Shown: in pieces, positions 12,036 through 23,164 of the stretch
How positions within the stretch are numbered: position 1 is the first letter of the stretch
How the letters are laid out: every line of letters starts with the position of its first letter
Assembly (NCBI GenBank): GCA_013239625.1
Contig: MU053379.1
Location: forward strand, 1,718,866-1,782,865
Reading direction: 5' to 3'
Length of the DNA stretch: 64,000 nucleotides
Source: Lama guanicoe
Lineage: Eukaryota
The notes under the pieces: generated by a model
Told to the model about the DNA's origin: nothing
Databases searched by the model: none
The model's input: the letters and a program-made list of their open reading frames with translations, nothing else
Translations under genes and position numbers: made by a program

Positions 12036-12859
12036 TTTCATAGATTCCAAGGTAGAGGAGAGCAAAGGAGAGGGGGGTGGAAAAGGAATCCAGGTGAGCC
12101 AAGCCATAGGGTCTCCCACACATGGTAATGGCTTCCAGGGATGAGGGACACAGGAAAAAGCATGTGCTTTGGGGGGGAAGGCAGATTTGGTTTGGGGTGG
12201 ATTGAATCTGAGCTGCTGGCATGGTTATCCCAAAAGACTGGTGATTGCATCTGCTCCAGCCTGACACATTTTACTGTCCCTTAACATAGAAGTGGCATAC
12301 CTAGAAACGCTTGAATCAAGCCTACCTATTGTAGGTGGTGCACAGGACACACTGGGGAGGCAAAGAAAGGAATTAAGGCACAGGTCTGGGCAACCAGACT
12401 TTTCATCTTCTTGACCTTCATAATTGTCAAACAATACACACTTGACGTATGACTCAAAGTGGACCCACAGGACTCATTTCCAGGGCTTTTGGGGATTACT
12501 GGCAAAAGACAACCTATTGTTAACTTGGGTTGTCGACATTTGGCGTATAAGTGGAGCCACTGGTGGCCACCTGACTATTATTCAGCACAGTGGTGCTGAC
12601 AAATGGCCCCACGAGGATGGCCCTCCGTCTACCAGGACCTGACAAGATGGCACGTGGGATGAGAAGGCAGCTCTCCTGGGCACAGGTGGAAGCTGTGAGA
12701 CGGGGCTGCCATCCCTAGTGTAGAACACGGGGCTGTCCTAAGGCAGCGATGTCACAATCACAAGAACGGATATGGTTCAATGACAGGTTTTGTAATTTCG
12801 TACTGATGTTTAGCCATTTTTATGGAAGGCAGATTCTGTACAAGATTTGAAAATAAAAA

Positions 12860-13390
12860 ACAACATGCAACAGTAGATATTGCAGCAGTGTTTTTAATGG
12901 CAAAGGCGGCAAAATGTAAATATCAGTAAAACGGATGGTGAACTACGGCCTGTCCACGTATGAGCAAGTTATACAGCCTTTAAAATGTGTGTCCAACAGG
13001 TTTTAGTGACAATGGGAACTGCCCATGATATAGTGTGGATACCACGTTACGTAAACGGCGTAATTCTTTTTTTTTTCGGGGGAGAGGTAATTAAGTTTAT
13101 TTATTGACTTATTTTTTTAATGGAGGTCCTGGGAATTGAACCCAAGGCCTTGCACATGCTAAGCACGTGCTCTACCTCTGAGCTATGCTCTCCCCCAACA
13201 ATATAATTCTAATTTTTTTTTCTCTAAAAAGCCTTAATCTGCAACTAGGAGAGATTGGAATGAAATTTTTCAACATACAATGTTTTCCTTGGATAGTGAG
13301 ATTGTGACTACTTTTAATTTTCTTCTTTATCCTTATATTTTCCAATGAGTTCCTACTTTTCACGATCATGAAAAAATATATATTATTTGT
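12860..13390 (+). mobile_element. Old L1 (L1ME-type) 3' fragment interrupted by a SINE
   Basis: attgcagcagtgtttttaatggcaaa...atacagccttt-aaaa pattern, continuing after the SINE. Confidence 0.55.
13067..13197 (-). mobile_element. tRNA-derived SINE (camelid Vic-1-like)
   Basis: Reverse complement GGGGAGAGCATAGCTCAGAGGTAGAGCACGTGCTTAGCATGTGCAAGGCCTTGGGTTCAATTCCCAGGACCTCC has tRNA A and B boxes and an A-rich tail. Confidence 0.9.
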
Positions 13391-14049
13391 TTAAAGGTAG
13401 GAAAAAAGGAGCCCCCAGTCTCTGGTCATCATTCCGAGTCTGTCCTTAACATTAAACCATCCTTCCCTTGTCTCAGCTGTGTAAGGTTTTAATTATAGCT
13501 AAGTACATTAAAATACCCCTCTGTGAGCAAGAGTTGAGCCTCTGTCCAGGTTCGTCTTCCTCGCTGGATTATACATTCCTTGATGGTGGGCCTCTCGCCT
13601 TGGTCCCCTCTGTCCCTGTCCTGTCCTGGACACACTTGAAATCTGATTCATCTCTTGTTGAAGTGAGTGGCTGTGTGCAGCCCCGGCTGGTAGCACCCTG
13701 TGGCGGGAAGAGAAATCGAGAGACACCAAGAGCCAAGACTTCATCCTGAAGAAGGTGACCTCCAGGCAGGACTCTGCGCCTCCCTGTGCTTATCTGGGAA
13801 GTGGGAATAAAGCAGCATCCTCTTCGCGGCGTGGACGTGCAGATGTCAGGAGTTCACAGAGCTCAGGTCCTCATTACGGCGCTGGGCGCACAGGAAGCGC
13901 GCAGAAGTTCCTGGGCAGGGCTGCCCGTCCGCCTGGCTGGGACCGCTTCTCCGAGCTCTAACTGCATCGGAAGCTGTGCTCGGGCCCCCCAGCTCCCCTT
14001 CCCCACCTTCTGCCTTTTACCAGCTCCCTCGTAAACTTTTTCCCCTCCG

Positions 14050-14145
14050 GGATCACAAACCCCCTGAAATCGGAGATTTATTAAACTTTATAGTCCCTTC
14101 GATACATTGCACCTGGCAGGTACTCAATAAAACCTATTTAATTAA
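14050..14145 (+). mobile_element. L2 3' tail fragment
   Basis: gcacctggcaggtactcaataaa. Confidence 0.55.
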
Positions 14146-17100
14146 CTTTAAAATAATGTGTTTACTTCTCCTCCCCGGCGCCCTAATTTTTCTTTTTAAA
14201 CCACAGCATCCCTTACACCTTAGTGTTCATGTCCTCTGCTCTCTGCAGGCCAGTTCCTAGAGAAAGCCTCCCTCCGCTGCACGAGTAAGGGCAGGACGTG
14301 GACAACTGAACGGGAGGCCATTTGCCCGGGAGCACAGCCGGGCGATGGTAAAGACACACTCGAACCAGGTCCCCATTTGGGATCCCCTCACTGCTGTCCC
14401 CCAGGAGCTGATCTTCAATGTAGAGAGGAAGGGACACACGTCACGTTTCCCCTTTCCTGCCACCTGAGGGTGGATGAGCCACGCGTGCAGCTCCTGGGCA
14501 CCCCGTCCACGGTCTCCCGAATGAGTATTTATCATAAAATCCATTCATGGCCCCAGGCTGCTCAGTCACCCTTGCCCCAGTTCCCCAGCAGGTCTGCAGG
14601 GGATAGATGCCAATTTTTGGATTATTCACAGACCTAGGGGTCTAACAGAGGTGAACTTCAGAGCAACAGTCCGGGGGGAGGGGAAGACTTCCAGAGCCAG
14701 GACCAGGAGCTGTTCTGGTACCCGAGCTCCGCCCTCCCTCATATAAGGCACCACCCAGGAAGTGTTCGCCAAGCGCAGGGCCAGCCCCAACCTGGAAGCC
14801 GGTGGGTCCTCGTTGTGTTAGGCAACCTCACTCACTTGCTTGGTCGGAGTGTCTTCCGCCAGCCCAGGGAGAAGTCAGTCTGTTGAGACCTGCCTTCTCC
14901 CCTCCAGGAGCCAGGTGAGAATTCCCAGGTGGGTGAGCCCTGGAGTTTTCGAGGGCACGTGTGGATGGGCAGTGACCGTTGGCTCTGTTGATTTCGGAGC
15001 CTCTGGAGAAAGCTTCCTGTTTAATCTGCAAATAAAAGTTCCACGTTTGATCGTGCGATCGCGGCTTGCTCGGCATCTCACGGTGGTATTGGAGCATCTG
15101 TCTTCCTGGCGCGTGACTCCCAGGCTGAACTGCCGTCTGCCGGATGCCACACGTAATGCTGCTGTTCAGGACAGGAGGCATGCTACCGGCAGGCCTCAGA
15201 AGTGATTTTTTTTTTAAATGAAAAATCTTATTTATGTTTCCTCTAGAATATTCCAGGCCCCTCCAGGAGGAGACACAGTGCTCTCTGTTTAGCTGGTGAG
15301 GCAGAGGAGACAAAAACCACATTATGTGTAACGTCCCTGAAGCCAAATGACAATATTTACCTCCCCGTGGTAACTTGACGTGCATAATCGTCTGTGCTTA
15401 GAAGAGAAGATGCAAGAAAAGGTTCAATGAACACCCACCTGGGTGCTGTGAACGATGTTGTTCCAACAGAGACAGAAGTTGAGGAGGAGGATTTAGGCAG
15501 AGGGAAGGAAGCGTGGGACTTGAATGTCCTTAGGCGAGGAGTGGAGAGTATCGCCTGCAGCTGAACGGTTTCCCTAGTCATCCGGGATGGGACATCCTTG
15601 AACAATAGTGTCATTGCTTCCCCCGTGAACCACCTTCCGTGCTGCTGGCTCAAAGGTCAGGATGTAAGAGCTCCCATGCAGCGAGGCGAGCTCAGGCAGA
15701 GGAATAAGGCTAACTCTGTGGAAGGGTCCGCAGTGGCCTTTGTGACCAACCCAAGTTCAGCTGGGCTGGCGGGACCGATGGCAGCGTGTGGCGTAGTGCT
15801 GCGCTCACATCCCCGCCGTCCTGGCCGGCTTCCACCCCCGGCAGCCAGCACCGGCGCCTCTCTCATGGTAGACCGACTGCCCCCCACTCAGGTGGAGGGC
15901 ACACGGAGACCCTGGAGTTGCTGACCAAGGCAGGTGGCTGCGGGGGTCTAGACGCCCAGGCTCTCGTGTCTTGCCCGCCCCACACCCACATTCCCACAGC
16001 CCGGAGCCCCTCCCGAGCGCCCCTGTGGGAGTGAGATGGAGCCCCTCCACGGGGCTTGGCTGGACTCTGCAGTCTGGTCCCACCTTTCCACCCCGACCAC
16101 GTTCTCTGGGACCGTCTCCTAGGAGACGTTTCACACAAGCCCACGGACCACTGACGGTGGGCTCGGGCAGCCGTCCACACGCGGGAGCAGGAGGCTCGGC
16201 TGCTGGGCCACAGCCGACGGGAGCAAGGACAAGGGTCGGACCCGAAGCAGCCTGTCAGGAGGATGGCTGGCCGAGGACGCCCGCCCCACAGGACTGGTCC
16301 TGGCGGTCAGCGGGTTACCCCTGTCATTTTATCTGCTCTTGCTCAGTTCAAATGGCAGACAACACAGCTGGTTTGGTGACCCCGGGAAAAGCAGAAGGAG
16401 CAACGGAGAGCAGGCATCTCACTAAAAGCGTTAGACTGGTGGCCACTGGTCAGTGGGGCCATGGGCCCGCCTTCTGTTGTTCGGGATTGTTTTGTGCTGC
16501 GTGGCCTCGGACCTGCCTGTGCTCCACTCAGCTGAGGGCTGGCTGAGGGGAGGCTGAAGTTATTCTGTCCTGGTCATCTCTATACAGTCCTCCTCCCCAC
16601 CCCCTGCCCCTCGGCCGCCACGACCATGTTCTTTGCAAACTGAAAAAGCTTAAACAGGTACAAAGAAGAAGGTGAAAAAAAAAATCCCACACCAAGTCCT
16701 AGAAATCAGAAACAGTTCCACAGCCCTGATTCGCATTTTTTAAAACGTACATACCTACGTGTACGTATTTCACAAAGTTGGGGTTGTATGTTGCTTCCCA
16801 TGAGCATTTCTCACACCCTGAAATACTCCCTCAGAGCAGGTCTGGGGTGCTGTTCCCTCACAGGGTGAAGCATCACTTACTGAGCCGCTGTGAGCGCCGC
16901 CACGCTGTCCGCTCTCACACGCGGGCCTGAGTGCTCACCTCTGAGTGGTGCGGTGGCCGGTCGGGAGGTGCGTGTGTCCAGCGAGCCTCCGTATGGCTGA
17001 GCCCACGGTTCCCACACAGGGCTGCACACCGGGGTCCCTTGGGGCCCGTCTCAGAGGTTGTGATTCGAGGGCCCTGGGGGTGGTCCGGGCTTGACGTTTT

Positions 17101-17518
17101 ATGAGTTTTAAGGAGGCTCCCAGGTGACGCTGTTAGGAGCGTGACCACTGTGCTGCATTGTTTTGCAGGCCGTTTAGCTTTAGGTGGGAAAGTCTCTGAT
17201 GACAGGAGACCACCCCTCCCCACTCTGTCCGTTCCCAGTAGCACGCACTTAAGCCTTTAGCCCGTGTCCAGCCTCCTCAATGGGCCAGCGGCAAGACCTG
17301 GATGCATTTCAGACTTCTCTGAGCATCCTGCTTCCTGTCAGAGGGGTCACTGTTGACTTTGAGCTGGGGGTGTGCTAGTCAGGACCGCTCCCCTGGACAG
17401 CTCTAGGGGGTGCACCTTGGGTTTTGAGGGGCTCAAACCTCAGGTCACCATCTGCAAACTTGGCCCAAAAACCTAAGCCTTGGAGATCTTGCCAGGCAAC
17501 TTTAACTCAACTTTTAAT

Positions 17519-17535
17519 CACAAATTGAGTTGTTT
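17519..17535. repeat. Left target-site duplication of the NDRG3 retrocopy
   Basis: CACAAATTGAGTTGTTT matches CACAAATTGAGATTTTT at 20299-20315 at 15/17 positions. Confidence 0.9.
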
Positions 17536-20298
17536 TTTTTTTTTAACGAGACACATGCAGCTTTATTTCATAATCTGTAAAAAGTTGCACTCTGGCTGAG
17601 TGACGCATTCCCTGTCTGAGCAGAAAGCGAACGCTACGCCTGGAAAGCCCCTTGCTAAGGTCAGACTGTGTCACCCTGAGCTGATGTCTCGATGCCCTCA
17701 AAGCTGCGCCTTCTACTGTGTGGCAGTTGCTTTCACCCTCCTCCCGGCGACACTCTCTGGGTGGCTGTGAGCCCCTCACACAGCAGTAGACTGAGCACAA
17801 TTCACCCTGGACAGGCTGCCCTTACAGATTGGCCCCTTCCCTCCTACTAAAGAGAGTTCACAGCAGTAAGAATCCTTCTGAGAAATGGGTTCTATCGCAA
17901 TTTCATTTTTTGCCCATTAAGTCTGCCAAAATCAAGGCTAAACTTGGCAAACATGATACTGTGTTAACGTCTGCTCCTCTCTCTCCAGCCATTTCCTCAT
18001 TATATGCATTAGTTTTCAGGCCCCACCTCTCCCTTTGAGGGGATCGAGGGATGGAGAAGCACTCTTCGTCTCAGCCCTGGAGGCTCTGAGGACATCTGGA
18101 ATGAGGTATCAGACGCTGCAGAGACAGCAGTTGTGCACAGAAGAGCAGAGGACCGAAATTTTGTTGCTCACCTTCCTGTGCTAAGAGAGTCCAGTAGTTA
18201 AGCCGCATTCACTCCTTGGGAAAAACTCCACACTGTACCAGGACCTCATCGTTCGAGGGCTTCTAACAGAACATACCCCTCCCCTTTATTTATAAACCAG
18301 TGTACGTGAATTCATTTGGAAGGAGAAGGCGGCTGGCCACCCTGCCTGCTTCTCTGTGTAACAGGCTCCCCTCTATTGGTCACAGCCCGTCCACAGTCCA
18401 AACAGTAAGTATGATTTTCCACATTCCTCAGAGCTGCTCTCTCTTGAAGTCACTCTGCAAATCTTGCTGACTGATTTTGAACTGAAAGAGACTGCAGGGG
18501 CCTAGCCAACCTAGAAATCTGTTCTGCATATTTCCCCTAAAAACGCCACTGAAAATGCAAAAAAAAAAAAAGTCCCTTTTTCATGTGTGTTTTGCAGAAG
18601 CTCTACAAGAAAGCATGTCTAAAACCACAGAACTAGGCGCACACAAACACAGACACGCGGGCTCACGTACATACATCAGGATCAAAGACTCTCAGCTACA
18701 CAGCTGGGAAAGTAGAGGGCAAAGCCGGCAAGAGAAGATATGGAGATCTGATCAGCTGAAGATGCTGGAATGGGACAGTAATGGCATGGGAGTGGTTCTC
18801 GGCACACACAGAGGAGGGTGGGCAGGCAGAGAGGACGACAGGTCCAGGATATCAGAGAGAGTGTTGGTGGCCAGGCAGGAGTTAAAGATCGATGTCAGCT
18901 TGCTGGATGAAGTGTTATATAATTATGGCATGTTGTTGGAAGGAGGATGGACTTGCATGCTCCAGGGCAGGAGCATCTGCTCAGCAGGACACCTCCATGG
19001 TCTGGTGTCTGTCTGGAACATCAGGGGACTCAGAGGACTCCTGAGTCCCGTCTGACTGACTGCTGGTGTCCGACCGGCTGAAGGCACTTTCTCCAGAGCC
19101 CATGCTGCCCGAGGTGGAGAGGGTCCATGAGCGGGCGAGCCAGGTCATGCCGGCAGACGGGATGCAGCCCATTCCCTGAAGAAAGTACCTGAAGGCCTCG
19201 GTGAGTTCTCCAGGCTGAACTCCTGGGTCAGGCCCCCGCAGTCTGCCGTCTTCAGCAAAGTTGTATGTACAGGATTCAGGCGAGAATTGCATTCAACCAC
19301 AGCCTCGACCGCAGGTGAGCTGTCACCCACCACCAATACAGTGGAACACCTCAGTGTCTTTGATTTGTTTTCACTTTGTCCCAAAATGGGTCTTTCAATC
19401 TCCAGGTCTGTGGGTCCGTTATAGGAACCCAGGAAGAGCTGTAGATTTTCTTGGTTGATACCTTGGGCAACACGCAGTCTGTAGGTTTGAATCAGATCCA
19501 GGTTGGCCTGCAATTCTTCCTGCCCAAAGTGATGAGCCAAAATAATGTCCACAACATTGGTCGTCAAGCCTGAGAGTTTGGAAGCTGCCCAGTCTATCTA
19601 GCCTTTGGCGCAAGGGTCAACGTTAATGAACACAAGACCTTCCACAAGCTCCGGGTGATTGAGTGCAAATCTGCTGAGGATGTAAGCTCCAGCTCCAACT
19701 CCAACCCCAATGATGCTTTTCAGATTTAAGTGGGTGAGAACAGAAGGCAGCATCTCAGCCAGCTCATCCATTGTGGGGTACTGGTACCCAGTTGGGAAAG
19801 GGGGTGCACTTTCCTGCTGGCCTGGAGCATCCACATGACAGACAGCAAAATGTTGGGTGATCTCCTGCATATCCTCAAAGTTAAAGAATGCACTGAAACA
19901 GGGTTTATGATTGAGGCCAGTGTCATGGTATGTCAGAATGACCGGTCTGTTTCCCTTCGGTAGGCATCTTGCAGCGACGTGGACCATACAGTGAGTTGTT
20001 CCTATATCATGTTCCTCTGAATGTGATCCCTTATTCTCCAGGCTTACGAAGCAACCTGACATCCTATCGGCCCCCAACACACTTCTCCATCCTGGGCTGC
20101 CTCTCCCCCTGGCAATCAAAGTCCTGGAAGTTTCGTGTTCCATTTTTATCATTCAGAAGTGGTTTGATCTCTGTGAGTTGAATATCCTGAAGTTCATCCA
20201 TGAGGACAGATGAGAGCAGAGGATTCTCAAGAATAAATCAGTAACTCTGAGGCTTGGATACCCACCCTCAGCTCGGCAGCTGTGGCAGCCAGAGTGGG
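17533..20298 (-). pseudogene. NDRG3: Processed pseudogene (retrocopy) of NDRG3, near full-length mRNA
   Basis: Minus strand ATG at 20201 reads [31 protein letters not shown]; then EHDIGTTH...[15 protein letters not shown]...[14 protein letters not shown]...[23 protein letters not shown], ...TTNVVDIILAHHFGQEELQANLDLIQTYR..., ...PSAGMTWLARS...DRHQTMEVSC-TGA (18983-18981). All match NDRG3 and there are no introns. AATAAA at 17567-17562, poly(A) remnant 17533-17544, flanking TSD. Lesions: TGG>TAG at 19600-19598, 1-bp deletion near 19221, 94-nt frameshifting insert 20015-20108. Confidence 0.97.
17562..17567 (-). terminator. Polyadenylation signal AATAAA of the retrocopied NDRG3 mRNA
   Basis: TTTATT on plus strand, 17 nt from the start of the T-run (poly(A) remnant). 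Confidence 0.9.
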
Positions 20299-20315
20299 CA
20301 CAAATTGAGATTTTT
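20299..20315. repeat. Right target-site duplication of the NDRG3 retrocopy with L1 endonuclease site
   Basis: CACAAATTGAGATTTTT followed by AAAA gives the TTTT/AA L1 endonuclease consensus. Confidence 0.9.
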
Positions 20316-20864
20316 AAAACCACATTCCAAGCACATAGCATGGGGGATACACAGAAGCTGCTCAAAAAATACCTACTGAATGAAAGAATGATCAGTCCAG
20401 AGATTCAGAGCGATTTGCCCAGGGTCACACAGTGAAATAGCGAAGTGTCCCCTCCTCCTCTCTCTGTGCCCTGGAAGCCCTTGTTCGGAGGATGGGGGCA
20501 TCCTCGTGGCGCTGACCTCTCCGCACCGCGCTGTCCGTGTCTGTGCAGGAGCTTTCTCTCTCCTGCTGGAAGAAGCTCCTCCAGGTCAGGTGTTTGCCGT
20601 GTTCCCCTCCCACAGCCTGGGGGTCCCAGGTGAGGGCCCTGCACAGGGCACGAGGTCAACATTGTGTGTTCCCTCTGACTCTGTAGGCTCTGGGCCTTTG
20701 CGTTGGTGTGTGAGGCTTTGTGTGGCTTCCCTTATTGTGCTGCAGTAGGGTTTTGGTCGCTTTTTGCTCTTGTTGGTGGCTTCTAATTTGTAGCTTCCAA
20801 ATTGCCATTGGCAAGAAATCAAGAAATCAAAAACCAAAATTGAGTGAGCGCGGGCATGCACATG

Positions 20865-20900
20865 CATACACACATGCACACACACACACACACACATACA
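20865..20900. repeat. (CA)n microsatellite
   Basis: Direct. Confidence 0.9.
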
Positions 20901-21030
20901 CGGTCAGTTCTTGTTCTATGTGATAGTTGTGTTCCACAAAGTTGCTATGAACACTGAACTAGCCAACACCGAACCAGCGCTCCTGGAGGAAATACAGGGT
21001 TGGGTTCCCAAGAGCCTCTGGTCACAACAC
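20901..21030 (+). mobile_element. TcMar-Tigger fossil (MER82-like) end fragment
   Basis: aaagttgctatgaacactgaactagccaacaccgaacca...ggaaatacagggttgggttcc...agcctctggtcacaaca resembles the MER82 terminus. Confidence 0.7.
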
Positions 21031-21489
21031 AGAACAACCCAGAGCCGGGCGGGCAGTCTGAGTCCTGACCATGTGTCCACACCCACTCCACCACTCTGCT
21101 TTGTAACTTTGTGAGCTGGCAATAAGTCCATTTCAGGCACCTTTTTTGATCACTTCCATGTGAACGAGTCCTGATTAATTTACCCACTTAATGAAAAATG
21201 CCTCTTGCTGGATTCTGAAAATGAAATACCACCAATATTGCTCTTCTATAGTGACAGGAAGCTCTCTGCCTAATCAGGCAGTTTACAAAGATCGCTTTTA
21301 TGCAGACCACCTTCCTGACACACAAGCATAGGGAAACACTTATTGAGCACCAGCTGTGTACCTGGCAGGGGAGTAGGCTTTGGAGATTGCAAAACAAATA
21401 CGTCAGCCTAAACCTTCAAAGCTTGCATGGTTTAAACTTTTTTTCAACTACTTTTCTTTTTTGAGGATCTTTCTATTTTTAAATTTTTA

Positions 21490-21673
21490 TTTTGGGAGGG
21501 GAGGTAATTGGGTTTTTATTTATTTTTATTTCTGTTGTTTTTTTAAAAACACCTTTGTTGTGATATGGTTCCAATTATTTATTTATTTTAGTGGAGGTAC
21601 TGGGGGTTGAACCCGGGACCTCACGCATGCCAAGCAGCTAAGCATCGCTCTACCCCTGAGCTCTCCCCTCCCC
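21490..21673 (-). mobile_element. tRNA-derived SINE (camelid Vic-1-like)
   Basis: tggaggtactgggggttgaacccgggacctcacgcatgc...ctacccctgagctctcccctcccc; same family as 13067 and 54357. Confidence 0.9.
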
Positions 21674-21829
21674 CACTCCGCCTTTCAACTTCTAAGAACC
21701 TGTCGGTAAGTTATAAGGGAAAACAATTTCATTCTTGCTGTTTGTGTCCTTACTTTACTTCGCTACTGCTATGCTCGCTCTGCATGAAAACAAGCACAGA
21801 GACTCGGGAGCACGTAACACGTGGCTTGC

Positions 21830-22240
21830 ACGTGCGCTGGGGCGGCTCTGAGGATCCCAGCTGGGCTCACTTTCAAGCCTGGGGTTGACCGGGATTTGGC
21901 TGATCGAGCCTGGACTTGGCCGGGCAGCTCTGTTTCTTGCCGGTGGGCTGCCTGGCTCAGCCTCAAGCTACAATGGTTCGTGTCTGTGTTCTACTTCTTT
22001 CTCTACCCCTTAGGCCAGTGGGCCAGCCACCGGGGTCTTCTCAGGGTCAAAGCTGAAGCCTCCTAAGGCACAGGCTCACGTCCACCTTGTCCTCTTGGCT
22101 GAAGCAAGTCGCATGGACAAGCCCAAAGTCAAGGGGCCAGGGAAAGAGTCTCCTTTAGTGGGAGAGATGGTGAAGGCTTAGAGCAAAGGACATGACTATA
22201 GAGAGGGGGCAGAGTTGGGGCCAATAGCGCAACCTGATGT
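21830..22240 (-). mobile_element. Old MaLR LTR fragment (MLT1H/J-like)
   Basis: ttggctgaagcaagtcgcatggacaagcccaaagtcaagggg. Confidence 0.6.
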
Positions 22241-23164
22241 GCTCATCCACTGGTCTTAGATCTGCCCTCTAGAATCCACGCCACCTTATGAGACAGACTC
22301 ACTTACTCAACGGCGGCTTCTATTTCTGCCATGGGGTTGTCCCTCAGGTGAACTTGGAGATATTGCATGGCTCCCTGTTCCTTCAAATGGGGAGCCTGGC
22401 AGGAGCCACCTGTCTGTGGAAGGGCCCAGAGAACTGTTGTTGAACCTTCATGACCTGCTTTTATCATGAGCCCCCTGGAAGTAGGGCTTTGCATCACTCC
22501 AAGCTGCGTCCTGCAAATCGCTAAGTTCCCGAGAGGCCAATATTCACGGCAATGCATTAGGTATGAGGTTACCTTGAAACTGTGTACTTGTTTCCAAAGC
22601 CACCCTGAGAAATGTCTGCATCAGGCTAATTTTGCTTGTTCCTTTGTTTGGACTGTGTTTTGGTAATAGGATTGGACAGGCTACACGATTTCCCTTGCTA
22701 GGGAGAGATTGATTTTCTCAAAGTGAAGTTTAAGGCATCCCTTTATTACACACATGAAACTGCTTAGGTCAGGAAGGCTGCAAGAAGGAGCAGTGGTGTG
22801 CTGATCAGGGTTTCACAACCAGCTCTCTGGAACAAGAAGCCCTGGCTTGTAGTATCTGCCATTTCCATGGTATGAACACATCCACGATGGTTGATTTCAA
22901 GCTGCCAACGTGCTGCTGTCTGACCACAGCCTTGGGAGGAGACACGCCTGAATGACCTGCTCTGCCCTCCGCAGTGCTGTTGAGATGGAAAAATGGATTC
23001 ATTTCCTGGGTGTTCCTCGGGAAAGGCAGGTGGCTTGTGTCCTGTGTAGACTTTCTTAGAAGTCAAAGTCAGCACCAAAGGAGTCAGGATGCACCGGGAA
23101 CACCGACAAAAAGGGCTTTCTCTGGAAGGTGGTTGTTTATTTTTTTAATTCATTTATTTTTGAG

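Noticed and set aside
13067..13197. tRNA genes (also 21590-21673 and 54357-54430)
   Set aside because: The tRNA-like heads run into A-rich tails, with a clear TSD at 54357; these are SINEs.
18558..18571. A-run as the retrocopy poly(A) tail
   Set aside because: Wrong strand; it is a U-tract inside the 3' UTR. The real tail is at 17533-17544 next to AATAAA and the TSD.
20015..20108. Insert as a retained intron or later transposon insertion
   Set aside because: Begins GG rather than GT, has no pyrimidine tract, and has no TSD, poly(A) or TIR.
18981..20201. NDRG3 as a functional retrogene
   Set aside because: Premature TAG at 19600-19598 and a frameshift near 19221 break the fold-encoding region.
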